The notes beneath the pieces were generated by a model, which ran no database searches, had not been told where the DNA came from, and saw only the letters and a list, made by a program, of their open reading frames with translations. Positions 25,120-37,679 of a DNA stretch of 55,959 bases are shown here, piece after piece. Source of the stretch: Octopus bimaculoides (Eukaryota); assembly GCF_001194135.2 (NCBI RefSeq), contig NC_069000.1:21790160-21846118 (forward strand). Direction: 5' to 3'. The position numbers and the translations under genes were made by a program. Position 1 is the stretch's first letter. Each line of letters begins with the position of its first letter.

Positions 25120-25944
25120 ACACCATGGCAACAGTGCTAAGAGCTGATCTTGAAAGACAGCATTTCTGCCACCTCCTGGCCAAGGTTCAAGAAACATTTG
25201 CTTTTTGTTTTCATTCACTGATTGCTTGATTATTTTTGTGGTTAAAAAGTCTTTTATTGTAGTGTCAGGTTGACCAAAATCTTGTGAGTGGCAGATGGAA
25301 TTTATGCAAAAGTGTGTGTGTGTGTGTGTTGTAAGACATGCAACTTAATTTGAAGAACAATATAACTCAAAAAAATCATTTTAAAATTTATTAGCTTATG
25401 TATGATTTAATAAATGGTTTGTACATATCTTCATTTTTATTTTATTTGATTTTTGTATTGGTTTTTAGAGGTTTTTAAAAAGATTTTTCTACTTCTAAGT
25501 ATGCCCCTTGGGAGCAACATAAATTCTGATAAACTGATGGAAATGGAAATTTATTTCTTAAAAAAAGAAAAACTATGTAAAGTTGAAAAAGGCATAACTT
25601 GAAACAATATAAGTCAAGGTATGCTTGTATACTAGTTTAAATTGTTATGCCAATTTATGTCCTTTTATGCAGAAAAATAAAACTTCACCGTTCTTACTCA
25701 ACTGAACCATAGAAATTCATAATAATATGTATGAGACTGAAATATTAATATCAAACTGAGATAAGAACTTAGATTGATATAATGATTGAGTTAAGAAAAT
25801 ATATTACAGTCTCAAATGAGGTAGCATTTAATCTGAGGTTTGATTCAGAAGACTACCTTCATTTTGGCAGTTGATTTTATCTTGGTGTTGATAGGTCTTT
25901 TGATTGTTGTAATCTGGCGTATTATTTACTGTAGCAATTTATCA

Positions 25945-26190
25945 ATCAATCAGCCATTCAGCGAGTCAGTCTGTCAATATATCGTTCAAATAATCAATAT
26001 ATGAAACAGTCAGTATATTGATCGGTCGATCAATCAATCAATCAGTCAGTCCAAAATCAATTAATCGTCGTCTATCAGTTAATCAGTCAATTAATCAACC
26101 GGTCAATAAATCAATCAGTTAATATATCAATCATCCAATATATTGACCAACCAATCAATCAGTTGGTGTATCAATAAATTAGTCATTATT
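25945..26190. repeat. Degenerate (TCAA/TCAG)n tetranucleotide repeat with several CpGs
   Basis: atcaatcaatcagtcagtc-type units. Confidence 0.8.
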
Positions 26191-26599
26191 AAACATGTCG
26201 CCACCACCACTGGTGGAGGGCGTAATCAGTAGTGTATCAGATATATAATGTTTGGCAGTATTTAATTTTGTGCTTTTACAATACTGAGTTCAAATCTTTT
26301 GGGCCAAAATTAGGTTCAGTATTACCATTATTGCCTCCAGCCTCTTCCTCATCATCTTCTTCATCATTTTTATGTTTGACAAATTATGTCTATTATTATT
26401 ATTATTATGACTAATTTGACTATAAAATAAAGACAAGTAGCTTTCCAGAAACTATAATTCTAACAACAAACATACCAACACACACTCACAACCCGGTGAC
26501 CCATATACATTCAATATTTACAGTAGAGTTATTGATTTGACTAACCAAACACTCTATCTCTCTCTCCTCCTCCTCTCTCTCCTCCTCCTCCTCTCTCTC

Positions 26600-27063
26600 N
26601 NNNNNNNNNNNNNNNNNNNNNNNNNNNNNNNNNNNNNNNNNNNNNNNNNNNNNNNNNNNNNNNNNNNNNNNNNNNNNNNNNNNNNNNNNNNNNNNNNNNN
26701 NNNNNNNNNNNNNNNNNNNNNNNNNNNNNNNNNNNNNNNNNNNNNNNNNNNNNNNNNNNNNNNNNNNNNNNNNNNNNNNNNNNNNNNNNNNNNNNNNNNN
26801 NNNNNNNNNNNNNNNNNNNNNNNNNNNNNNNNNNNNNNNNNNNNNNNNNNNNNNNNNNNNNNNNNNNNNNNNNNNNNNNNNNNNNNNNNNNNNNNNNNNN
26901 NNNNNNNNNNNNNNNNNNNNNNNNNNNNNNNNNNNNNNNNNNNNNNNNNNNNNNNNNNNNNNNNNNNNNNNNNNNNNNNNNNNNNNNNNNNNNNNNNNNN
27001 NNNNNNNNNNNNNNNNNNNNNNNNNNNNNNNNNNNNNNNNNNNNNNNNNNNNNNNNNNNNNNN
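26600..27063. other. Assembly gap (464 N)
   Basis: N run. Confidence 1.
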
Positions 27064-27544
27064 NGTCTGAAGATATTTTCCTTCCTGTAGTCATGGAGGC
27101 CCTGAAAAAAATGATGAACATTAGCCATTAAAAAGAAATAAGTAAATGGAATTGATATGTTTATGGAAAATCTTTCTGATATATCTTCATCCCAGGGCAA
27201 AATGAGCAATGCCCTAACTTCAGCAGCTGCCATTCTCTTTTAACATTTCAAAGTTGTTGGGGACTATTGTAAATATCTGCCTCTTTCATCAATTTCAGTC
27301 TCCCTCACTCAGTAACTGCTAGTATAGTTTCTGTAAAACTAAATTTACTCAAAACTTGCTCTGCTATATCACACACCAATGGTCTCTTTCTTTCTTATAC
27401 CTAGGTGTAACATGTCCAAATAGAACGCCACATCAGTATACCCTCACAATGTGTCACATCAATATATGCTCGCAGTTAGATAGCACTTCAATAGGGTCAC
27501 ATGAGTATGTGTAGTGAAAGAGGCTGTTGTGATATTCTTTTATT

Positions 27545-27726
27545 CTTTTACTTGTTTCAGTCATTTGACTGCGGCCATGCTGGAGCGCCGCCTTCAGTTG
27601 AATGAATCGACCCCAGGACTTATTCTTTGTAAGCCTAGTACTAATTCTATTGGGTGTTTTGCCGAACAGCTAAGTTACAGGGATGTAAACACACCAGCAT
27701 TGGTTGTCAAGTGATGTTGGGGGGAG

Positions 27727-27730
<4 letters not shown>
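27545..27730 (-). mobile_element. SINE-A second arm, CpG-retaining
   Basis: cttgtttcagtcatttgactgcggccatgctggagcgccgcc. Confidence 0.8.
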
Positions 27731-27768
<38 letters not shown>

Positions 27769-28524
27769 TCAAAGTTCAATGAATCCACACTCGGTCTTCA
27801 CTTCTATGTACAAATAAGGAGAACGCTTCATTTGTTGGTCCATAAGTGGACTGATTGTCAGCAGTGTATATATAATTTCCCAGCTCCTTTTATATGTTTA
27901 AAAAGTGGAAAGATTCATATATATTCACATTAGCATATGCTGAGCAAAATAAAATTTTCTCTGTGCCCCTCTCCCTTTTGTCCTTATTCAACCAGAGCAG
28001 AGGAAATCCACATTTCAAAACTAGTCACCTTCACTGTTCTGCTCAAAGGTGGGTGGAATATCAGCTTCCACAACAGTAATGCTCTAACAGGTAATGTAAC
28101 CTCAGTACTATGTATCGGCTATGCTGAAGAGGTTTGCATTTACCTCTCTATCTTACAAACTTCTGAATCAAACAACTAAAACCACAATGTCATTGCTCCA
28201 AGCTCACCCCATCACAACACCTTTCCCTTCTTCTAAAGAAAGAAAAAAAAAGAAAGTTTCACAAAACAAGGAAAAAAACCCTCTACATGCTACACATAGC
28301 AGCCACATTTAATCAAATCACACTGTACTGTCTTGAAACAAGGACGACACATTGAATAATTTAGTAGTTCTAAATATCAAAATAGATGGGATAGTCAAGA
28401 CTGGAATACCTTTTGTCCTATATCTGTTAAGTCAAGCTTACCTTGTGTTACACATAACATCAAGAAAGAGGAACAAAAAATGAAAAAGCCTTTATTGAGT
28501 TATTTTTCTCTTAGTCATATGGTT

Positions 28525-28700
28525 TTAACCCTTTAGCATTCAGATTATTCTGTCAAATGTAATGCTTATTTATTCACATTACTTTGAATTAATCACACAT
28601 GATCTCATCGTGTCAAGATTCCAATGATGTGCTCCTTTATTATTAGAATAACATAGTAGGTTAGATATGAGTGGCCAGATCTAGATGGTTTTAGTATAAA
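28525..28700 (+). mobile_element. MITE-1, 3' truncated
   Basis: ttaaccctttagcattcagattattctgtcaaatg start. Confidence 0.75.
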
Positions 28701-28766
28701 GGTGGTAGGACATGATTTGAGAGAATTTAAGCTACTATTTCTAGCATCTTGAACAATCACATAGAA

Positions 28767-28998
28767 CAGTGGTTCTCTACCATTTTTTTTTTTAACCTCT
28801 GGACCTCTTTGATTTACATTTTACTCAAATGAACCCCTATAGCCATTTGATGCTTTAAAAATCCTAATAATCAAATATTATTTGGGAATTGTATAAAAAA
28901 ATAGTTGAAATGTTTTTTGTATTGTCGTAGCATAACCAATTCATTGCAGATAGATTTTAACAACAAAATCTTATATGGACCTTGGTTGAGAACTCATT
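28767..28998. mobile_element. Possible hAT-type MITE
   Basis: cagtggttctctacc ... ggttgagaact resembles CAGTGGTTCTCAACC-type termini; no 8-bp TSD visible. Confidence 0.4.
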
Positions 28999-29495
28999 TG
29001 GCATGTTGGCTGCTTGTAAATAGCTAGCACAATAAAAGCCTTTTCAGCCATCTGTCCACCACATCAAGGTCAACTGTCCACTACATTGGACCAAGCTTCC
29101 TTTACATTTATCAATGTATTTTCTTAGCCTTCTCAATGACAAGCAAAAACCTGTTCATCTCTGTCCTTCTTCAACTCAAATTAGTAACTTGATTTTGATG
29201 TATGTACTGTTGATAGTGAGGTAGTAGTGAGTTGGTAGTGCTTTGTATGTTTCTGCGCCTGTGTTTTTGCCTATCTGTCTGTGTATGAATTAGTGTTCAC
29301 CATGCATGCGTGTGTGTGTGTGTGTGTGTGTGTGTTTATTACTGTTTCTCTGTATGTGTTAGCAACTCGGTTTCCTGTGATTCTTGCTATGCCTTGACTT
29401 CACACTTGTGTTTACCATCTGCAGGTCCTTACATGTTTCGAAAATCTACCTCTTGGTACTTTGCATATATATGTATGTGTGTGTGTGTGTGTGTG

Positions 29496-29528
<33 letters not shown>

Positions 29529-29749
29529 TCTATAATTGATTTTGCTTTATTTTTGTTTTGTTTGTTTTCCTATCCCTGTCTCTTGTTTAATTTCCATGAC
29601 TCCTTTACAAGTAATTTTGGTACTATCAGTGGAAGAGGAACTGATGGAGAGAAAAGTGAATTGGAATTAAATTCCAGAGTTTAATAAACATTTGGAGTTT
29701 TCCATTTGGTACAGAGTCTAACATATATTGTAGTATCGTTGTTGTTGTT

Positions 29750-29960
29750 ACCATTTAACATCTACGTTTCTATGCTATTATGAGTTGGACAGAATTTGTT
29801 GAGGCAAATTTTCTACTGCCAGATGTCCTTCCTGTTGCCAACTCCCACCTGTTTCCAAGTAAGGTAATATTTCCCCATGACTAGTAATATTTTCATGAAA
29901 GAATAGAAACGAAAGACGCTGCTTGCATAATGGGGACATTTGTTTACAACTGTCACATGA
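29750..29960 (-). mobile_element. SINE-C2
   Basis: gatgtccttcctgttgccaac...gtaaggtaatatttcccc. Confidence 0.7.
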
Positions 29961-30099
29961 AGCTGAAACAAAGAGACAGTATATCAGATAGATGGCAGAG
30001 CATTGTAGAAAATGAGGGAGAGTATATTTTAGATTAAAAACGAACTTTATCTTAATTTTGAAAAATAAAATAAGTATACAAAAAGCACATTATTTATGG

Positions 30100-30381
30100 G
30101 ATGACCCAATTTATATATACACACATATTCTATTATACATACACACCTCTTAACCTTTGCATGTACACACATATACGCATACCCATGCACATACATATAC
30201 ATACATACACATATATATATATATATATGTACACAGATATACACATACATATATACACACACACCTGTACATTTGCACTAATACACACATACAAATATAT
30301 GCATATACATACGCATGTACACATCTACACCACATACACCCACCGACCCACACACATACCTATACACACACACGTACATGC

Positions 30382-30464
<83 letters not shown>

Positions 30465-30690
30465 TATACATACACATACATGCATCTATATATATATATA
30501 TATAGACACACATGTGTGTATAAGCATATACACTCATACACATACATATCTCAATACACACACACACATGCATGCACATGTATATAACTGTACTAACATG
30601 CTCATACACACACATACACATATAAGAGGGTGTACATCCAAACATTCCTATATATATTTTCACACACACACACACACACACACACAGCAA
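30100..30690. repeat. ~590 bp compound (TA)n/(CA)n/(TACA)n low-complexity tract
   Basis: Source of nine spurious H/T/Y/I/C/V ORFs. Confidence 0.95.
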
Positions 30691-30744
30691 AAGGGAGGAA
30701 AAACATCTGCATATAATTTTTGGGGTACATAAAATAGTATGTAA

Positions 30745-33700
30745 AAGAGTATATATTCATCTGTAGCTTTCATTATTCAGGCAATATTTGATTTGTGTCT
30801 CTCTGTGGGATGGTAGTTTTTGATTGGTGTCTTTCTTGGGATGATGGTTTTGGTGATTTTGGTTCAGTTTTGGTTGGTGTTTTTAAAAAAGTATTCTTCC
30901 TTGGCCTTACAAAAATATTTATTTTCTGTCCATAGTTTGATGAAAGGGAATATTTTGAATTTTCTTTTCCCACATTTATCGAATTGTTCACTGCAAGTTG
31001 TGTTTCTAACAGAGGGATCATGGATTTGTTGTTTATGTATCCTTACTCTCTCATATTATCCAATGCCCATTTCACCAATGTAGTATTCTTTGCATTCAGG
31101 GCATGTGGCACAGTAAATTACGTTTTTGGATTTGCAATTTATATTTGCTTTTATTTTTGAAATATCTTTAAAAGTAATTTGTTCTCTTACTTCCATGTAA
31201 TCACATGTTCGAAAATGAGGGTCACCACATTTTTGAACTCTCTTTGTTGTTTCTCTAGTTGTAACTCTTGCTTGAGTTAAGAGCCTTTTAGGTTGAGTGC
31301 TTGACATCTGCTATAAATTATTTTTGAATCTGTTAATTTGTTCATTTTTAATGATTGCTGAAGAACTGGGAGGTATCTTTTTGCAGTATTGATGATGTCG
31401 TGATTTCCTGGGTTGCAGTTGATGACAAAAAGAATGCTTATGAGTTCATTTTCTTTTTTGTCTGTTTGTTTTCCTCTGAGGTCAGTAGCTTGGATGTCTT
31501 TTGCTTTGGTGATTGCTGTGTCAATCTAGTGGGATACTTTTGTTCTTTTAGAAATATTTTTAATTCTTGTAATCTTTTCTCCCTTAATTTTGCATCTGTT
31601 ACTATTGTGCAAATTTGTTTTGCCATATTAACAGGTATGTTTCTTTGGTATGTGAGGGATAGAAGGAATGAAAGTTCAAATATTGGTGTGTGTCTGTAGG
31701 TTTGTAGAAGAGATTTGTTTTATGGTATTATCTTGTTTAATTAGAAGTATGTCTAAAAATGGTAATTCCTTTATGTGTTGTTCCATGGTGAATTTTATTG
31801 AAGTTTTTTTTTTTTTTTTTGTTTATAGTTTCAGCTTAGAGCTGCGGCCATGCTGATGCACCGCCGTATGCAAATTCTTTAAAAGTGAGTGAAAGATTCC
31901 TAAGTCTTTTTGGTTTTTGCTCCAAAATATAAAACAGTTATCCAAATACTGTTTCTAGTTTTTTTTTTTTATATATATAAATGGAGAATTGTTTGTTAAA
32001 TGTTTCTGTTAGTTGGGAATAGAGTTTGAGTTGTAAGAAGCCTTTTGTGAGTGTTGTGTAAATGTGGCTACTTTTGTCTCCAGTGCTGTTCCTTTTATTT
32101 GTAAGTAGAAGTTGTTATTGAAGAAGAAGTGATTATTTTCCAGTATCAGTTTTAATCCTTCTAAAATGAAGGTTTTTGAGAATTGTTCCATGATATGATT
32201 TATAGCTTCAATTCCTAGGTTGTGTGGGATATTGGTGTATAGACTAGTTACATTGAAATTAACAAGAATTGTCTCCTGCTGGATACCTTTAGGTATGTAG
32301 TTTAAAAAGTCCATACTGTTTCAGACAAAGCTTGGCATCATTTTGTATATATTTATTAAGTTGCTTAAGCATTGTGTACTGGATGTTGGTCCTGCAATGA
32401 TTGGGCATAGTTTCAGGTCTCTGGGTTTCAGAATTTTGACATATATTGAATTGTTTCCTTTTATGTTGTCTTGGATTTCTTTTGATTTGTGGATCTTGGG
32501 TAACCCATAGAAGCTACTGCTTTTTACTTCAAAGTTTGGTAAATAATTAACTTCATTCTCAGTTAGATTATTACGATATTTTGAGACCAGTCTATGTACC
32601 ATAATATTTTTATCCTCGTTTTGGTTTAGCTTCTCGTGTTAGTCATTAAGTTGTTCCAAAACCATATCTCTGTAATGGTTCTTGTCCATGATAGTTGTTG
32701 CTCCACCTTTGTTAGCTTCTTTGAAAATTATCGAAGAGACTTTAAAAAAATTTTTTATGCTTCCAACTGATCTTTAGGTATGTTGGATTTACATTTCCTC
32801 TCTGTTGCATTAGATTGAGCTGATCGTCACAGGTAGCTAATATATTCTTCTGAGTTTTTGTCTCTATTTAAGATAGGTCTGAATCCTGTCCTGTTTTTAA
32901 CCAGTGATTTGTCTGTGTATACAGTATTTAGAAAAAGATTCCCTCAATCATAATTTTCGGCAAACTGCTTATGTCTTTTATGAGTTCAGCTTGCTTGGAT
33001 TTTGCAGTGGGTGTAAATTTCAATCCATTTTCCAGGATCTTAATTTCTTAGTGGATAAATTTAGTATTTTTGGTTTGCTTATGTTTATTTTCTATGTCTC
33101 ATGAAGAATGGTGTTATTTTTTTCTTTTTTTTTTTGGTGGTAGATCTCCCGTCTTAAAAAATGGTTTCCATTGGAATTGGGAGTGTTTATGTGGGAATTT
33201 TGCATTTTTCTGTATGTAAATATTTTAGGTTGGTTATTCATAGGTAAGTATGTTCTTGGTTGTTGGATTGGGGGTTGACTCATTATTCTATTGTTGTTCC
33301 ATGTGGTTTGTTTGGGTCTATGATTTGGTCTCTGGAAAGTTCTGTTTTATCTTTGATTAGGGTTCTTTGTTCTATTATTTCTTGTTATATCTGCATATGA
33401 TCACAAATGTGTGTTTCTTAGAGGACTGAGGTGTCTTTGTTTATTTTGTGGGAAAACTTCCTTTCTTTTGGTGTTGTTTTGAGGTCTCAGGGTTGTCATA
33501 AGTTGGTCAGTGTTTAGGTTTTATCTGGTTTTTCCCATAGGTGTTTTTGTATTCCTGTAGCCAAAGGATTTTTGATTCCAAGATCTTCTTACTCTTTGTC
33601 TCTTCTGTAGTGGTGTCAGTTTTCCACATGTCTAGAAGTTTTTTGGGGGAATACTTCCACTGCTTCTTTTGTTAATTTCTTCATGTATATAGGTGTCATA

Positions 33701-33900
33701 TTTTTCAAATTTTCTTTTGGAAGTTTGTTACTTTTAGGCAGATTAGTGTGATTACTGCTTCAAATCTCTGTAGTGCCAAATTGAGGTGAATTTGGTTCTT
33801 CATTTGGTTCTGACGTTATTTCTTTGATATGAAATTTTCTTGGGAGTATTACTTCTTCTCTGCTCCTCCACCATTCATATGTGTTGGCTAGGTTTTCATT
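30745..33900 (-). mobile_element. Near-full-length decayed Penelope-like retroelement (RT + C-terminal GIY-YIG endonuclease)
   Basis: Ordered minus-strand motifs: ENGLKFTP, IIFKEANKGGATTIMD, FYGLPKIHK, PIIAGPTSST, VNFNVTSLYTNIP, YLQIKGTA, YLDN (31937-31948, for catalytic YLDD), LPFLDI, YKPTDTHQYL, KCGDPHFRTC linker, NVIYCATCPECKEYYIGE, RIHKQQI. Many stops and frameshifts. Confidence 0.92.
31804..31865 (-). mobile_element. SINE-A tail-only insertion inside the PLE RT
   Basis: ggcggtgcatcagcatggccgcagctctaagctgaaac plus poly-A on the minus strand, splitting PLE codons LH/TSIK. Confidence 0.75.
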
Positions 33901-33935
33901 TCTTAGAGCTTTCCAATGTGCTTGTTTTCTTTTAT

Positions 33936-34085
33936 TTAACCCTTTAAGTGTTCAGATTACTCTGTTAAATTTAATACTTTTTCACACAAATTGTTTTGAA
34001 TTAATCATGCATTATGTTATAGCTTTGAGGTTTCAATGATGTGATAGTTTATTCTTAGAATGTCAATGTAGTTTATGTGTGAGAA
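33936..34085 (+). mobile_element. MITE-1 partial, abutting the PLE 5' end
   Basis: ttaaccctttaagtgttcagattactctg start. Confidence 0.7.
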
Positions 34086-34581
34086 TATGCTCTGTGTGTG
34101 TGTGTGTCTGTGTGTCTGTGTGTGTGTCTATGTGTGTGTCTGTGTGTTGCCATAGCCATACCATATGTGAGAACTGAATAGGTGACCTCAAATCAGTAAG
34201 CACCCCACTGGTCATCTTTTGACAAGTCACAACAATATTGGCCACTCCAAAATATTCCATTTCTTTATTCTTGACTCTCCTTCCCCCTCTGTTCACAATT
34301 ACTATTAGTCTTATCTTTATTCTTATCTTTATCTTTATATTTATTTTTAGCTTTATTTCATTAACTTATTTTTTCCACTTCTTTCTTCCTTGTTCTTCTT
34401 CTTAGACACACATGCTTTTGTATTTTTATAAAATATATTTTTTGCTATTTAAGTAACTAGTAAAACAAACATTTTTCAATTTGAAAACAGCTATTTGAAG
34501 CTTGAAACTCATATCAGTCACTCACTGTAAACATTATTATTAAAATAAAACTTACCCAAAAAAAGCCATCTCTACTCATTT

Positions 34582-34621
<40 letters not shown>

Positions 34622-35701
34622 TAGGGGAGGGCACATTATTGTTTGTGCTTTCCTTTTTAAAACAGGATATGGTGTGAGGGTGATTTAGCTAATAGGTCAA
34701 ACTCTCACAGAGGTTTATCTGGTTCATTAAGAACATGGTAGACTTGTAAGGAGTGAGTGCAGGCTATCACACTGATGAAGAAACTTTCCAGCTAACCAGA
34801 TCTGTAGTTTATGTTAGGTATCCGGATCATTACTCTTTCTTCTCATACTTAGAGTATCTACTTTTAGGTACCACCTTTGAAGGGGATGCATTCCACTTAC
34901 TCTTCACGCACTAAAACTACATTGAAATGAAATCCTTGTTGAAAACTCAGTGGATCACAGGTTTTTCATGATTGTGCATTTGCTGTATTGGTCATCTTGT
35001 AACTTTTCCATCTCAGTGTTATTGGTTTGTTTATATATCTTTAGCTCAAAACAGCCTAAGATGTCTCATTTGTTTTTACTCTGACTGTATCAACTCTCTC
35101 TGACACAAAACACCAATAAGTCTACATGAATTGATATGAATATATTTGATTATACCATTTTCATTAATTGCTTCCCATCTTTGCTTCCTTTATTCCTAGT
35201 CTTAAAGTTAGGTGTACAATTAACTTAATGTATTGACCATTTTCATGGTATTCTGTTCTTGCACCTCTCTTGGCAAGGGGTTCAGTCAGAGATTGATTTC
35301 TATCTTAAGTACAAAACCACAAATTTTTGAGGGGTAGGGAAAAGGGATAGTTGATTTTATTAACCACAGTTGTTACTTCAGTGATATATATCATTGTATC
35401 TTAATAGGTCACAACTGGCTGTTTAGTAAACCTGCATATTAATTGAATTCCTTCCTTTACCATTATTCTTGTTATATGAATTCTTTTATCATACGTCTAT
35501 ATCCAGGCAGCACATTTTCTCTAGAGTGACATTGCAGAATAGAGAGCATCAGTGTTTTAGTTGTAGTGGTATAAGATAGATTTTGATGTAATTTATTGCA
35601 GAATGATTCAACATGCAAATAACTAACATCTTTCTCAGCATACAAACAACAGTATTCTATGGCGTTGTTCAATACTGGATCACAATTTAGTCTGACAAAT
35701 T

Positions 35702-35900
35702 TTAACCCTTTAACATTCAGATTTCTGTCAAATGTAATACCTATTTATTCACATTGTTTTGAATTAATCATGTATTAACTTGTAGCTTTGAGATTTTAGG
35801 GATTTGATTGTTTAATTTTATTGTAAGGTTGGTATGCTGGATCTGGCTGACTTGAACATAAAACAGGCAGATATGGCTGGTTTAAATGTTATAGGGTTAA
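35702..35900 (+). mobile_element. MITE-1
   Basis: ttaaccctttaacattcag...aatgttatagggttaa. Confidence 0.8.
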
Positions 35901-35988
35901 ATATATTTATCTTTCAGCATCTAATCAAAAAGAAATGCTTTTTCTTATAATCATCATGCTTTCATCAATAATTTCCTAAGATCATAGT

Positions 35989-36355
35989 CATGACCGATGC
36001 CACTGTTGTGTAACTGGTGCCTGTGCTGGTGGCACTTAAAAAGCACCCATCAAACTTTGGGCCTCACAGAGGCAGTGACAAGTGACCAACACCTTTGGCA
36101 ATATACTGTGCTTGAGAAGACCTGTCAAGCCAAGTGAGAGTGCAGTTGTGGCCAATGCCAGTGTTTCATAACTGGCACCTGTGCTGGTGGCATGTAAAAA
36201 GCACCCACTACACTCTTGGAGTGGTTGGCATTAGGAAAGCCATCCAGCTATAAAAACCATGCCAAATCAGATTGGAACGTGGTGCAGCTTACCAGTTTTC
36301 AGTTAAACTGTCCAACCCATGCTAGCATGGAAAATGGATGTTTGTTGATGATGAT
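35989..36355 (+). mobile_element. SINE-C, long form with an internal ~60 bp duplication
   Basis: ctgtgctggtggcac/t.taaaaagcaccca twice; core ggttggcattaggaaagccatcc; tail ccaacccatgctagcatggaaaa. Confidence 0.85.
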
Positions 36356-36362
36356 AGTTTCT

Positions 36363-36593
36363 TATTTCTTTATTGCCCACAAGGGGCTAAACATAGAGGG
36401 GACAAACAAGGACAGACAAAGGGACTAAGTCGATTACATCGACCCCAGTGTGTAACTGGTACTTCATTTATCGACCCCGAAAGGATGAAAGGCAAAGTTG
36501 ACCTCGGTGGAATTTGAACTCAGAACGTAATGGCAAACGAAATACCGCTAAGCATTTCGCCCGGTGTGCTAACGTTTCTGCCAGCTCACCGCC
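36363..36593 (-). mobile_element. SINE-B, young, alternative tail, bounded by a TSD
   Basis: CpG-rich (gtcgattacatcgacccc, tcgaccccgaagg); flanks ttgatgatgatagtttct / ttgatgataatagtttct. Confidence 0.9.
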
Positions 36594-36599
36594 TTGATG

Positions 36600-37240
36600 A
36601 TAATAGTTTCTGCTGCACAGGTGCACTTCCATCTTCCTGAGGTTTATGCAGTCTTTTGAGAGTGTAACGTTGTGTAGATGTTTTGTTTTTGTTACTTCCG
36701 GTGTTACTTTAGTGTTTAGTCTGTTTGTTGAGGAATATGTGCAATGTGAGTTGTCATTTCATTGGGTGATGATGATTGTGTCTTGTATGTGCTGTGTGAG
36801 ATGTGTGGCTAGGGAATTGGTTGGTTACATAGGATGTGAATTGTTGATGCTTTAATATCAGGAGTTGGTTATGTTGTATTATTTTATTAGGAGGTGATAG
36901 TATATTAGGTTACATTGTTTAGTGGTGATTCCTAATATATGTTTTGTGTGAGTTGTTTTCTTTTATTAGGTGATGATTATCTAAGGTGTGTGGTATGCAC
37001 AGAAAGCACTATTTAAATTGATATTTTTAAACTGAATGTAAAGTTATGAGCCCTAGTATAGTCTTTGTTTTCAGTAATGTTCTTCATCATTCCTAGTGCT
37101 CCAAATGCTACTTATTTCAATTTCAAGATCCTTGTACTTTGGCAGTTTCTCAACTTCCTTCCAGACTATGTTTTAGTCTGAAGGCATTGGGATGCCGTCA
37201 GAGTACAGAAACCTTCATCCCTGTCTTCATTAATTATATC
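36600..37240 (-). mobile_element. 3' remnant of an R4/Dong-type non-LTR element (restriction-like endonuclease end plus AC-rich 3' UTR)
   Basis: Minus strand PMPSD*NIVWKEVEKLPKYKDLEIEIS, then GALGMMK and IVLSVHTTHLR (~36980-37230). These match the RLE K..KY..L, GALG and TAH.LR motifs. The UTR extent is inferred. Confidence 0.7.
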
Positions 37241-37679
37241 TGGACAGGTAAAAAAAATATTTATACTACTTTAATTATTTATTTATTTTTTGTCTAAATA
37301 TTTCTAAATATGTTAATTACTGAGGTGAATTTTGTCTTTTTATTATTATCATTTTGTGATCAATAAGCAAAGTACTGGTCAGAGCAGTGGACTGGTGGAA
37401 TTGTTAGGATACTGGACAAGCTGTTTTGCAGTGTCTCCTACAACTATGAACAGTTCCTTTATGAATCAGTAATGGAGCCTCTAGGTAGCTACTGCATATC
37501 TTAGTAATAGTAGTCAAATTTCCCTCATAACTTAAAAGTTTAAGACATTGGATATTGTAGTCAGTCCTAGATATACTGTGTCTCAATAAAAAAAACTAGA
37601 TTGTCACAGAACAGTTTTGGTCACAGAGCTCTACTGGATCAGGATAACAGCAATCAACAACTTTGCCAGAAGAGGAAAT

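Noticed and set aside
25913-25927. tct ggc gta tta ttt (SGVLF), resembling the RPB8 start MAGILF
   Set aside because: No ATG in frame, and the next codons are TVAIY rather than EDIFDV.
26204-26222. CTCF-like site ccaccactggtggagggcg
   Set aside because: The core positions do not match the CCASYAGRKGGC consensus in register.
27068-27079. gaa gat att ttc (EDIF) at the gap edge
   Set aside because: It is preceded by S and followed by LPVVM, not LF..DVKDID; a chance 4-aa match.
30047-30732. Nine overlapping ORFs up to 191 aa
   Set aside because: They are dinucleotide microsatellite translations.
34772-34784. CTGATGAAGAAAC hammerhead-like core
   Set aside because: There is no room for stem II and no flanking stems.
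37165-37247. Apparent plus-strand exon with AG/GT boundaries and an open frame
   Set aside because: It is better explained as the antisense of the R4/Dong endonuclease remnant.
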